Source of the DNA: Acidimicrobiia bacterium
GTDB lineage: Bacteria; Actinomycetota; Acidimicrobiia; Spongiisociales; ZC4RG35
Reading direction: 5' to 3'
DNA length: 64,000 nt
Assembly: GCA_041748855.1 (NCBI GenBank)
Contig: JBGTCK010000051.1
Coordinates: 8,525 to 72,524 of the forward strand
This document shows, one piece after another, positions 37,615 to 46,777 of this stretch. The notes under the pieces are model-generated. The model was given only the letters and a program-made list of their open reading frames with translations. It had not been told where the DNA came from and did no database searches. The position numbers and the translations under genes were made by a program. Every line of letters begins with the position of its first letter. The stretch's first letter is position 1.

Positions 37615-39029
37615 CTATCCGGCGGTGGTTCCTCGTCGGGACGCAGAACCTCTAGGGCGACCTCGTCGAAGGTGACCGTGTCGATCGAAGCCGGGCCGGT
37701 GTCTAGGAGGAAGACGTCGAAGAACCCGATCAGATACTGGTTGATGATTGCGATTATCCGCCCAGCGCCGATTGGCCCGCGCAAACCCATCTCGTCGGCG
37801 AGTGGGGAGAACAGAGGAAGCATCACGAAGTCGTTGTGCCCGGAGCCGTCGATTCCGATCCAGTACGTAATTGCCTCGCTGCGCTCGGCGATCCCCCGCA
37901 GAATTGCGTCGTTGCGCCTGTCATCCCACTCTGCCGAACGCAAGAACATCGCAGGCTTGGTCGCTGATATGGCCAAGATATCGTTGGGCAGTTGCTCAAC
38001 CCAGGGATCCATCCCCAGGAACGCGTCACAGCGCTCATCGGTGATGCAAACGCTTAGTGCCCCTCCCCCACCGGCGGAGTGCCCGTAGAGCCCAATCCGG
38101 GTCAGGTCGATGCTCTCGACAATCGGCCCGAAGGGGCCAGCTTCCGCCTCGTCAAGTGCATCGAGGACCGCCACGAGGTCGTTGGCGTAGGTCTCCACCA
38201 GAAGCTGGGCAGCATCCTCATAAACATCTGCGGCGACACTCCCTTCATCGGGCAGAGCGTCGGGGTCGTAGGGCACCAGATCTCCGTCGTCGAAGATGGT
38301 GGCAACTGCCATATAGGTATGATCTGGTGCGATCACGACGTATCCGTTGGAGACGAGGTTCTCGATCTGATTGAGTGCAACCGACCGATATCCACGCCAA
38401 CCATGACTGTAGATGACTAGCGGATACGTGCCGGGGGCGACGGTGAGGCCCTCATATGTGTGCGACTTGGTATACCCAAGATGATTGAGAAACCACGAGG
38501 GAAGGCCTACCGACCGGGCTAGTTCGGGTCCGATCTCCGACCACTGCGGGTGGATCTGGCCCGGGTCGGTCTCGCTGTCCGGCAACGCGGGGTAAAAAAT
38601 CTGTACTACCAAGTCCCGAGCCCGCCCCGGATGAGGGCCATACACCTCCTCGCTTTCAGGGACCGAAAGCTCGACGGTGACCGTGCCAACGGTTTCGGGG
38701 CCGGAGGGTGCGGGCAATTCCGGCACCGGGAATAGCCAGGCGGGTGATGACACGAGCAGGAGGCCGGCCAACCCGAACACGCCACGGGCGATCCGGCTCG
38801 ACCACTTGAGATTGCGATCGAGAAAGACGATATCGCCGATGATCAGCCCGACTGCGGCCGCATAGAGAGGGATCAGCTGCCAGCGAAAACCTCCGATCTG
38901 CAACTGTGCGATCAACGTCGCGAACATCAAACCGGACGCAATCCCCCGCCTGGGGCGAACCCCGAAGACCGCAGGCCAGGCCACGGCAAAGACACAAGTG
39001 AACAGGAGAAGAAGCTCGAACTGTCTCAC
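37611..39029 (-). CDS. membrane-anchored alpha/beta hydrolase (PAF-acetylhydrolase/dienelactone hydrolase-like)
   Basis: 472 aa with N-terminal TM helices and the nucleophile elbow LYGHSAGGG. Confidence 0.7.
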   Translation of the reverse strand: MRQFELLLLFTCVFAVAWPAVFGVRPRRGIASGLMFATLIAQLQIGGFRWQLIPLYAAAVGLIIGDIVFLDRNLKWSSRIARGVFGLAGLLLVSSPAWLFPVPELPAPSGPETVGTVTVELSVPESEEVYGPHPGRARDLVVQIFYPALPDSETDPGQIHPQWSEIGPELARSVGLPSWFLNHLGYTKSHTYEGLTVAPGTYPLVIYSHGWRGYRSVALNQIENLVSNGYVVIAPDHTYMAVATIFDDGDLVPYDPDALPDEGSVAADVYEDAAQLLVETYANDLVAVLDALDEAEAGPFGPIVESIDLTRIGLYGHSAGGGGALSVCITDERCDAFLGMDPWVEQLPNDILAISATKPAMFLRSAEWDDRRNDAILRGIAERSEAITYWIGIDGSGHNDFVMLPLFSPLADEMGLRGPIGAGRIIAIINQYLIGFFDVFLLDTGPASIDTVTFDEVALEVLRPDEEPPPDS

Positions 39030-39083
39030 AGGGAGTAGGGCCCGGTCGGAGCGACGTTCATCAGTTGTCGCCCGGGGTGACGT

Positions 39084-39449
39084 CTACCACGAATCAGGCT
39101 TCGGCGTCCCCTGATGAAAACTCATAAGCCATCGACCCGACCGTTTCACCCAGACCGAGCTGCGAAGGACCTCCCGGCCGGTCGAGCCTGTGGTCCGATA
39201 GGTGCAGAGCATGACCGTCGGATATATCTCCCGGACCTCCCAGTCCTTGACCACCACTTCTTGTGAGCGCCCGCGTGACATCTCCCGCACTATCGACACC
39301 AGGTCATACTGGCGGCCCCTGGTCCCGATCTCGGTGAACTCGTCGGCAAACAGTTCGAGGACACGGGAGGTATCTCTCCTGAACTCTGGGTCCAGAAGTT
39401 GCATTTCGAGGTCGCGAAGCAGCTCCTCGGTGGAGATCTCAATCGGCAT
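39084..39449 (-). CDS. DUF4440/SnoaL-like (NTF2 fold) protein
   Basis: 121 aa with the pattern typical of DUF4440. Lies 22 nt downstream of the TlpA-like gene. Confidence 0.65.
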   Translation of the reverse strand: MPIEISTEELLRDLEMQLLDPEFRRDTSRVLELFADEFTEIGTRGRQYDLVSIVREMSRGRSQEVVVKDWEVREIYPTVMLCTYRTTGSTGREVLRSSVWVKRSGRWLMSFHQGTPKPDSW

Positions 39450-39471
39450 GACGCCGATCGTAGCGAACTGT

Positions 39472-40074
39472 TTACCCAGTCAGAGCGATGAGGTTTTCGA
39501 GCGCCTCTCTGATCTCGTCCTCCGCCCTGATCCCGGGCCAGGAATCGACAACGGTTTGGTCAGCGGCGATCAGAACGGTCACCGGCTGATACGGAACCCC
39601 GTAGAGCCCAAAAATGTCCTCATCGGCATCAAGACCCCACTTGACCTCACCGGAGAGAAACAGCTCCTCGGCTCTCGCTTCGGTCAGTTCGAAACTCGAC
39701 TTCCAGGCAGGAGCGACGAAGTCGACTCTGTCGGCGTACTCAGCGGCAAGTTGGTCGACGACGGGCAACTCCCGTCGACAGGTGGGTCACCATTCGGCCC
39801 AGAAGACGAGATATACCGGTCGGGCTCCATCGGAGAGCGTGTAACTGCCTCCGTCTCCTAGTTCCAGCGTGAAGTCGGGAGCGAGATCACGGTCCGACGT
39901 CGTTGCCGACTCCTCAGGGCTGGTCGTGGTGTCGCCCGCTCCGGGAGGTGTCGTGGTGGCAGAGGTGGCGACGGTTGTGTCACCGGGACCGGCCTCCGTC
40001 GTGGTCGTCCCGGAGTCACCGGCACAGGCCGACACCACCAGCGCCAGGAGACAGAGGACAATCGACTTTTTCAT
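39472..40074 (-). CDS. TlpA/ResA-like thioredoxin-fold lipoprotein with in-frame TGA at the redox motif (candidate selenoprotein U-P-T-C; alternatively a pseudogene)
   Basis: ORFs 39787..40197 and 39472..39768 are in the same frame and separated only by the TGA at 39787..39789. The read-through product reads MKKSIVLCLLALVVSAC...RPVYLVFWAEW-[TGA]-PTCRRELPVVDQLAAEY... The TGA replaces the first Cys of W-C-x-x-C (the paralogs read WASWCGPC and FASWCLEC). Confidence 0.55.
39754..39780 (-). promoter_or_regulatory. SECIS-like hairpin downstream of the in-frame UGA
   Basis: In the mRNA UGA-CCCACCUGUC-GACGGG-AGUUG-CCCGUC-GUCGAC, a 6-7 bp stem is extendable by GUC/GAC across a 3-nt bulge. The 5-nt apical loop contains G-U at positions 21 and 22 from the U of UGA (E. 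coli fdhF has G23/U24). Confidence 0.45.
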
Positions 40075-40139
40075 GGGTCCAACGCTAGACGGAGTGGTGT
40101 TTACCGGGAGTAAATGAGATCGGATGGGAAACATTACAC

Positions 40140-40610
40140 TTGGACTTCGTGCCAGACACCCAGCTCTACTTTGCATACGCCTCGCTGCTCGACCCACAGC
40201 AGTTGGCGGAAACGGCGCCCGGTGCCCGATTCCTCTTCAGCGCCCACTTCCCGGAGACCATGCTCGTGTTCGTTGCCAACGGTGCCGGGCCCGTTGCTTC
40301 CCTCGTCGAGTCAGCAGGTTCGATCGTCTGGGGTGGTGTTTTCGAGGTACCCCGGGCCGAAGTGGACCAGCTCGTTCTGAGTGAGGCCGGGGAGGGCCGG
40401 GCACCGGCGTGGGAGATGAAGGCCGTTGATCGTGCTGGGAACAAACACGAGTGTCTGGCGTTTGTCGCCGACCCTGCCGGCGTCGCCGAACCCGAAAATC
40501 CCACTGCGGAGTACCTGGGAAACATGATCCGGGGAGCGCGACACTGGAACCTCCCGGCCGGATGGGTGGTTGGCCTCGAAGACCTCGCCGACGACCAGCT
40601 ACTCACCTGA
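40140..40610 (+). CDS. gamma-glutamylcyclotransferase (AIG2/GGACT-like) family protein
   Basis: 156 aa (TTG start in the track; the exact start is uncertain). YFAYASLLDP...VWGGVFEV is typical of the GGCT fold. Confidence 0.7.
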   Translation: MDFVPDTQLYFAYASLLDPQQLAETAPGARFLFSAHFPETMLVFVANGAGPVASLVESAGSIVWGGVFEVPRAEVDQLVLSEAGEGRAPAWEMKAVDRAGNKHECLAFVADPAGVAEPENPTAEYLGNMIRGARHWNLPAGWVVGLEDLADDQLLT

Positions 40611-40894
40611 GTTCTAATGGAAACATCCGGTCTTCCCCGGGTGTGGCTTCAAATCCTCTGCTCAGGCCTCTCTGCGACCGGGAACAACCTATAGAGCCCG
40701 TAGGCGACAAGTGCACCGACGAGTGGGACACCAGGTACATCAGAGGTCGTTGAAATTTCCTGACACGACCAAGACGCGCTCCTCCCGTTTCAAGCCAGAC
40801 CTTCTGACCCATCGACCCACCCGAAAGGTTTCCGGCCAGGCTCAGGCTATTTCAGAAGAGGTCCAGTGACGTGGATTTCGGTGCTGGAAAGCGA

Positions 40895-40920
40895 GAAGGC
40901 CCCCAGGCAGAGGGGCCTTC
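40895..40920. terminator. strong isolated hairpin in a long non-coding spacer
   Basis: GAAGGCCCC-(8 nt)-GGGGCCTTC, a perfect 9-bp GC-rich stem with no clear U-tract. It lies about 285 nt after the GGCT gene and about 120 nt before the permease gene. Confidence 0.4.
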
Positions 40921-41043
40921 GTTCTCCTCGACGAGGTGGCCATGCCCCGGTCTAACTAACTGCCGGAGTTCGTTGGCCTTGCTGCCAAAATATCGAATTC
41001 CTTGGGAGTAGCATCATCCGACGCCAGAATCGGGGATAGGGAG

Positions 41044-43383
41044 ATGCAGGAATCGAGCGAGCTACAACGCGATCTGGGATTCTGGAGTGCGCTCACTATC
41101 GGCGCCGGCACGATGATCGGTGCCGGGATCTTCCTTCTCGCCGGCAGGGCGATCGAAGCCGCCGGGCCGGGTGCGTCAGTGTCCTACATCGTCGCTGGCG
41201 TGGTCTGCCTCCTGACCGCCGCGTCGGCAGCGGAACTTGCTACCGGGATGCCGACCTCGGGCGGTGACTACTACTTCGTCTCGCGTTCGCTGGGCGCTGC
41301 AATGGGTGCCATCTCCGGTGTGGGGATCTGGCTCTCCCTGACGGTGGCGATAGCGTTCTATCTCGTCGGCACGGGCGAGTTCCTGGCCCAGGTCAGTCCG
41401 GTACCCGAGGTCGCCGGCGCTCTCGCCGGGGCGGTGTTGCTTTTGGTCCTGAACGTCGTGGGGGCCAAGTTCTCCGGATCTGTCCAGGTCGCAATCGTTC
41501 TGGCCCTCATGGTCATTCTCGGCATATTCGTAGTCGGGGGCATTCTGCAGGCCGAGGTAGCCAACCTCAGCCCATTTCTCCCCGAGGGCGGAGGAGCGGT
41601 GCTGTCGACGACGGCACTCGTATTCGTCTCATTCCTCGGGTTCGTCAAGATTGCCGCAGTTGCCGAAGAGATCAAGGAGCCGGAGAAGAACCTGCCCCGA
41701 GCCCTGATCGGGTCGGTGGCGCTGGTCACCGTGCTCTACGTGCTGATCGTTCTGGTGGTCGCCGGTGTGTTCACGCAGGCGACGATCCGTGACATACCCG
41801 ACCCACTCACTCGGACCGCCCGCCTGGCCTTTGGTGGCGCCGGCGCGACCGGAATCATCGTCGCCGGGTTGTTTGCCACACTGTCGTCTGCCAATGCCTC
41901 GATCCTCGCCGCCTCGCGGATCAATCTCGCCATGTCCCGCGATGGTCTCTTCCCCGAGAAGTTGGCCAAGATCAACGCGCGTTTCATCACGCCGCTCCGC
42001 GCGATCGTGCTGACGTCGGCGCTCGCCGGAGTCCTGATCGTGGCACTTCCCAACATCGAGGAGCTCGCCAAGATCGCCTCGTCGTTGCAGCTGTACTCCT
42101 ATGCGGCGATCAACGTTGGGGCCGTGGCCCTTCGGGCTTCGGACCCACCGTGGTACATGCCTACCTTCCGCGTTCCGCTGTCGCCGCTGCCCCAGACTCT
42201 TGGTGCTCTCGGTTGTCTGGCGATCATCGGCTTCTCTGGGACCACTGCGCAATTGGCAGTCGCCGGGCTGATCGTCGTCAGCCTTCTCTGGTACTTCGTC
42301 CGGAGGAAAGGCGTCGACTTCGAGTCCGCTGTAGGACTGCTACGTCTGCGATGGAGCCAGCTGGGTCTCCGGGCCCTGTTCTCACCGCCAACCAGGGCTG
42401 AGGTCCAGGCTGAGGCCCCTGTTGCACCGATGGAACGAATCGCGGGCATAGAGGACCCGCGTCGCGTAGCGGTGGCAATGGCGAATCCGAACACCGAGCG
42501 ACCTCTGCTCCGGCTTGGGCGGCTGATCGCCACCGGCTCAAAGGCGCCAGGGGAGATCTTCGCACTTCGGTTGATCAAGGTGCCACGTCAAACCCCGCTC
42601 AGGGAGCTCGGTACCCGCACCGGTCTTATCACCAAGGCCGGCGCCTCCCTTGCAGAAGCGATCGCTGATCTGCCCGCTGTGCCGGAGCCCTCCAAACGGC
42701 CTGTCGCCCAGACGACGGCGGAGATCATCATCGAGCCGGCTCACGACATTGGCGTCGGTTTGGTCGAAGAGTCCGTTCGTCACCGGGCAGATCTTCTGGT
42801 ACTCGGCTGGCACGGTGGGTTCTCTCTCGGACGAATCTCCGATTCGCCCGTACGCCGTGTTGTGGGAGGGCTACCAGCAGACTTCGCCGTGCTCAACGAC
42901 CGCGGGTTGGCCGATCTCGATCGTATTCTCCTGCCGTGGGGTGGTGGGCCGCATGCACGTCTGGGACTCGAACTGGCGCTGCGCATCGCCGGCGCCACGG
43001 GCGGCAAGGTCGACCTCCTGCGGGCCGTGCGCGAGTCCGTCAACCCGGAACAGGAGGCCGCCACGGTCCGCAAGGCGATCGAGCCACTGGCCAGCCAGGT
43101 GGACACGCCGATCGAAGTGCTTGTCAGGCCGTCCGAGGATGTTGTCAGCACGATCGTCGGAACGGCCAGAGAGGGAGACTACGACCTCCTGATCATCGGA
43201 GCTTCAGGCGAGTCCGGTCTGCGGACGGTTCTGTTCGGGACGATCCCCGATATCGTGGCCGACCGCGCACCCTGCTCGGTACTCCTGGTGCGTCGCTACG
43301 TTCCGGGGCACTGGGCCTACCGCACCTCCCAGGGCTTCAGGCGCTTGCGGGAACGAGTGGGGCTGTCCTCGTCTGCCGAGTGA
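41044..43383 (+). CDS. APC-family amino acid permease fused to tandem universal stress protein (USP) domains
   Basis: ATG start at 41044 (the track ORF starts at a TTG at 41002). About 440 aa form a 12-TM permease (WSALTIGAGTMIGAGIFLLAG), followed by two USP-like domains (ADLLVLGWHG..., YDLLIIGASGESGL...). Confidence 0.8.
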   Translation: MQESSELQRDLGFWSALTIGAGTMIGAGIFLLAGRAIEAAGPGASVSYIVAGVVCLLTAASAAELATGMPTSGGDYYFVSRSLGAAMGAISGVGIWLSLTVAIAFYLVGTGEFLAQVSPVPEVAGALAGAVLLLVLNVVGAKFSGSVQVAIVLALMVILGIFVVGGILQAEVANLSPFLPEGGGAVLSTTALVFVSFLGFVKIAAVAEEIKEPEKNLPRALIGSVALVTVLYVLIVLVVAGVFTQATIRDIPDPLTRTARLAFGGAGATGIIVAGLFATLSSANASILAASRINLAMSRDGLFPEKLAKINARFITPLRAIVLTSALAGVLIVALPNIEELAKIASSLQLYSYAAINVGAVALRASDPPWYMPTFRVPLSPLPQTLGALGCLAIIGFSGTTAQLAVAGLIVVSLLWYFVRRKGVDFESAVGLLRLRWSQLGLRALFSPPTRAEVQAEAPVAPMERIAGIEDPRRVAVAMANPNTERPLLRLGRLIATGSKAPGEIFALRLIKVPRQTPLRELGTRTGLITKAGASLAEAIADLPAVPEPSKRPVAQTTAEIIIEPAHDIGVGLVEESVRHRADLLVLGWHGGFSLGRISDSPVRRVVGGLPADFAVLNDRGLADLDRILLPWGGGPHARLGLELALRIAGATGGKVDLLRAVRESVNPEQEAATVRKAIEPLASQVDTPIEVLVRPSEDVVSTIVGTAREGDYDLLIIGASGESGLRTVLFGTIPDIVADRAPCSVLLVRRYVPGHWAYRTSQGFRRLRERVGLSSSAE

Positions 43384-43384
43384 G

Positions 43385-43453
43385 CCCGGCAACGCGCAGA
43401 AGACCCCTTTCGGGGTCCTCTGCACACAGCGAGTCGATCTGTAAGCCGGATTC
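43385..43453 (-). repeat. displaced copy of the rnpB 3' end plus terminator (direct repeat A)
   Basis: 69 nt, 66/69 identical to 46851..46919. It contains GAATCCGGCTTACAGATCGACTC (the last ~23 nt of RNase P RNA) and the GNRA-capped terminator hairpin. It starts 2 nt after the permease stop codon. Confidence 0.8.
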
Positions 43454-43762
43454 GGTCTGGGTCAACCGAGTCGAAGACTTCGGACGACGGCCGTGGACCA
43501 TTGTCAATTCAGTCCGAGCACGCCGATTCGCCGACCAAACGGATCCGAGAGAATTCGCAATCAGAGAGATCAACGGTCGAGATCGAGGGGCTATACGTCT
43601 CACATTCACGAGATTGGCCTAGGCGCCGTATCCGAGCAACGGGCTCATCCTCGTCAGGGTCGGGTCAATCGTCCGGTCCAAGCCGAGCAGTCCATCCCCG
43701 GTGGCCCAAGAGCCTAATAAGGGGCAGCCGGAACCGAGATGGTCTCGCAAAGAGGTTGGTCT

Positions 43763-43899
43763 TTATGTGATGGGGCCGGCGATGAACCCTGAGACGAGTT
43801 TTGCCACTTGGTCCGGGTGGCCTAGCCAGGGACCATGCTCGGCGTCGAGCATCTCAAGCTGAGCCTCTGGAATGGCAGAAGCTGCCTCCTGAGCTGCGT
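43763..43899 (-). pseudogene. alpha/beta hydrolase C-terminal remnant
   Basis: Translates as DAAQEAASAIPEAQLEMLDAEHGPWLGHPDQVAKLVSGFIAGPIT*, a typical C-terminus of the fold including the catalytic-His region. No upstream body remains in frame. Confidence 0.45.
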
Positions 43900-43942
43900 C
43901 ACATCCCCACTTCGACAAACCACCTGGTTGTACGACTTCCTG

Positions 43943-44185
43943 TCAGCCCGCGTTGAGGGCGGCCTCCTCGATGGAGGCCGCCCATGCTCTCGAAGTTTCT
44001 CCTAAGCATCGTGTCGGTCACGGGACCGGTCAGTCGGCCGATGGGGCCTCCCCTTGCCACATACCCGTAGTCGAATGTGATCGCTGTCCCGTCCCCGTCG
44101 GGCTCGAGCGTGAGCCTGGACTCTGCTTGCTTGAACGGGACGAGAGCGGATGGTTGATTCGCGGTGATGTGCACGCGAACTTGTC
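43943..44185 (-). pseudogene. SRPBCC family gene remnant (N-terminally truncated, frameshifted near the 3' end)
   Basis: VRVHITANQPSALVPFKQAESRLTLEPDGDGTAITFDYGYVARGGPIGRLTGPV...RRNFESMGG resembles the C-terminal half of the neighbouring SRPBCC proteins. A plausible end (SIEEAALNAG*) is in a different frame. Confidence 0.4.
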
Positions 44186-44269
44186 GTTGTGCGCTCTGTT
44201 GCGCCAATGGATCAGCCGAACCAGCACGATGGGTGCGTAAGATATTTCCAGGCACTCGACGGAGGAAAG

Positions 44270-44692
44270 GTGAAACTCGAAGCATCGACCGTCATTGATC
44301 GACCCGTTGCGACCGTATGGGAGTTTTACGCCGTCAACCACGTTCAAAACCATCCGCGTTGGGATTCGACCATCGAACTCGAAGCCATCTCCGACGAACC
44401 CATCCGCGTTGGCACCGTCATCAAGAGACGCACTAACCGCGGCGGAAGGATCACCGACGGAACGATGGAAGTGACCGAGTTCGAACCCGACAGGACAATG
44501 CGAGTCAGAATCCACGACCGGCCAATGACGATCGACGGTTGGGCTCTGCTCGAAGCGACTTCGGACAATGCGACCAAACTGACCATCGGCGGGGACATTC
44601 CGAACTTGGACCCTTCGATGGAGGATGTGATCAGGCAGTTGATGCAGCGAAGCGCCAAGAACATCAAGTCGCTCATCGAATCGGAAACCTGA
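44270..44692 (+). CDS. SRPBCC family protein
   Basis: Start placed at a GTG preceded by GGAGGAAAGG. VKLEASTVIDRPVATVWEFYAV... is a typical SRPBCC N-terminus. The product is about 140 aa. Confidence 0.7.
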   Translation: MKLEASTVIDRPVATVWEFYAVNHVQNHPRWDSTIELEAISDEPIRVGTVIKRRTNRGGRITDGTMEVTEFEPDRTMRVRIHDRPMTIDGWALLEATSDNATKLTIGGDIPNLDPSMEDVIRQLMQRSAKNIKSLIESET

Positions 44693-45144
44693 TCATAGAA
44701 GGATCCCCGTCCAGGGAAACGGGCGCCTCATGGCATAGCAGTCTCGCATTGCTGCCCGAGCGCAGAGGTACCCCGGTCGGTAGTGGTTGGTCTCAGATAT
44801 GGCGGACCGCACCAGATTGATTTTTTGTGGGCGCGGTAGGTTCACTCGGGCCGTTGCGTATGGTTAGGAGTGTGACTTGGCAGGATGGCTGTTGATTGGC
44901 GGATCCCTGCTCGCCATCGCCGTGGTGTCGTTTACCTGTGGCACCGTTCTGGCATGCGGCTGCAGTGCGAATCTCGAGGTGACTTCGCGACAGCAACGTT
45001 TATGATCGCCTCCGGTGCCTTGTCTACATCGAAAATCGAGGTGTCATTCGTCGGATTAGCCGCCCTCACCGGTGCACTGACGAAGAGGCATCTCAGTCGG
45101 TCAGACCTGGCGCCGCCTCTGATACCCCATTCGCCGAGGGGGGG

Positions 45145-46233
45145 ATGATGGGTGGACCAGGTGCGTCGCGAGAGGTGGTTCGCTTCTGTCGCGCCCATGG
45201 CGGTGTGAGGATCGCGTACGCGGTCCATGGCGACGGACCGCCGCTGATCCTCGGCAAGAATTGGATCAGCCACCTCCAGTACGATTGGGATGACCCGGTA
45301 CTCGGGCACCTCCTTGGTGCTCTGGGCCGTCTGGCGACCGTCGTCCGGTATGACGAACGCGGCTACGGGTTGTCCGACTGGGAGCCGGAGGATTTCTCGC
45401 TGGAGGCGAGACTCGGCGACCTGGAGACAGTGGCGGCAGCAGCTGGCTTCGATCGGTACTCCGTCATGGCCATGGGGCAGGCAGGTCAGGTCGCGATCAG
45501 TCACGCCGCCCAACAACCTGAGCGTGTAACCCGCCTGATTCTCAACGGCACGTTCGCCGGAGTGACCGACGAGTACCGAGCGAGCTTCGAGGAGTATTTC
45601 GCGACGCTCGTACAGATCGTTCGCTTCGGATGGACGCTACCTGATTCGCGCTTCCGGCGCGTCTTCTCCGAGAGCATGGTTCCCGAAGCGACGGAGAGCC
45701 AGAAACGCTGGATCGACGAGCTCCAGCCGCTCGTCACCAGCAAGGACACGGCAATCACCGCTGCCCAGGCGCGCCAGAAGGTGGACGTCATCGACCTCCT
45801 CGCCGATGTGGCTGTGCCCACCCTCGTGTTACACGCGCGTGGCAACCGGATGACGCCCTTCGAGCAGGGTCGGCTCATGGCTGCTCACATCCCCGATGCA
45901 CGTTTGGTCGCGCTGGAGAGTGAGAACATGTCGCCCCTTGCCAACGAGTCGGCCTGGCCGGTCTGGCTGGAGGAGGTCACGGGGTTCCTGGAGCCTGACC
46001 GTGCGTCAATCCCCACCCGGTCAGCCCCATCCGAGCTGGTAGAACAGCTCACAGAAAGGGAAGTCGAACTCCTGCACCTGGTGGCTGACGGTCTCACCAA
46101 CGACGAGATAGCCGAGCAGCTAGTGCTCAGCGCCCGGACCGTCGAACGCCACCTCTCCAACATCTACCGCAAGCTGGGGGTGTCCGGCAGAGCTGCCAGG
46201 GCAGCCGCGGTCGCCCACATCCTGAGGAACTGA
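45145..46233 (+). CDS. alpha/beta hydrolase domain fused to a LuxR-type HTH transcriptional regulator
   Basis: 362 aa. The N-terminal region has the hydrolase fold and the C-terminus is a LuxR/GerE HTH ([44 protein letters not shown]). Confidence 0.75.
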   Translation: MMGGPGASREVVRFCRAHGGVRIAYAVHGDGPPLILGKNWISHLQYDWDDPVLGHLLGALGRLATVVRYDERGYGLSDWEPEDFSLEARLGDLETVAAAAGFDRYSVMAMGQAGQVAISHAAQQPERVTRLILNGTFAGVTDEYRASFEEYFATLVQIVRFGWTLPDSRFRRVFSESMVPEATESQKRWIDELQPLVTSKDTAITAAQARQKVDVIDLLADVAVPTLVLHARGNRMTPFEQGRLMAAHIPDARLVALESENMSPLANESAWPVWLEEVTGFLEPDRASIPTRSAPSELVEQLTEREVELLHLVADGLTNDEIAEQLVLSARTVERHLSNIYRKLGVSGRAARAAAVAHILRN

Positions 46234-46351
46234 TCGGTACGTGTTCGGCGCCACTGTGTGGTGAGGCCAGTTCTGACGTTGCGTGCTCACACCGATGCGG
46301 CGATAGAGCAGCGCCCGTAACTTGGTTGTTATATCAAGCGAGGAGCAAGCG

Positions 46352-46777
46352 ATGATCGACGAAACACACACAGTGGCCATCTCCAGGCCGGTTAAAGAGG
46401 TGTTCGACTTCGTAGCGGATCCGGCGAACGAGCCCGACTGGCATTTCGATGTGAAGGAGGTTCTCCGGCCCAAGAACGGCCCTTACGAGCCCGGCGAGAC
46501 CTTCCAGTGGGTCGTCAAGTTCGGAGGGTCCAAGACCTACTCCGTGGAGATCACGGCCCTCGAGCCAAACCGGTTTATCGAGATCACCACACGCGAAGGC
46601 GCAGTCCTGCCCGTTCTCACCCACACTTTCCAACCCGATGGAGACGGGACCCGCTACACGCGGCGGGTGAGGTTCGAAACCAGGGGGTTGTTGCGGGTCA
46701 TGGCCCCGCTAATGGTGCGCATAAACAATCCCAATACGAGGTGGGCGGAAAACCTGAAGGAAGTTCTCGAGGGCTGA
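46352..46777 (+). CDS. SRPBCC family protein
   Basis: ATG start preceded by GAGGAG. MIDETHTVAISRPVKEVFDFVADPANEPDWH is a typical SRPBCC N-terminus. The product is 141 aa. Confidence 0.7.
   Translation: MIDETHTVAISRPVKEVFDFVADPANEPDWHFDVKEVLRPKNGPYEPGETFQWVVKFGGSKTYSVEITALEPNRFIEITTREGAVLPVLTHTFQPDGDGTRYTRRVRFETRGLLRVMAPLMVRINNPNTRWAENLKEVLEG

Noticed and set aside
39787-39789. Treating the TGA as a normal stop that separates two independent genes (136-aa and 98-aa ORFs)
   Set aside because: The upstream product would end one residue before its redox motif. The downstream ORF exists only through a TTG inside that motif, with no RBS. Both halves form one continuous thioredoxin-fold alignment with the in-window paralogs. 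Selenoprotein and recent pseudogene remain the two live options.
40603-40812. 69-aa minus-strand ORF in the long spacer
   Set aside because: Third-position GC is low relative to real genes here, the Arg/Ser/Gly-rich composition is odd, there is no RBS, and no domain is recognisable.
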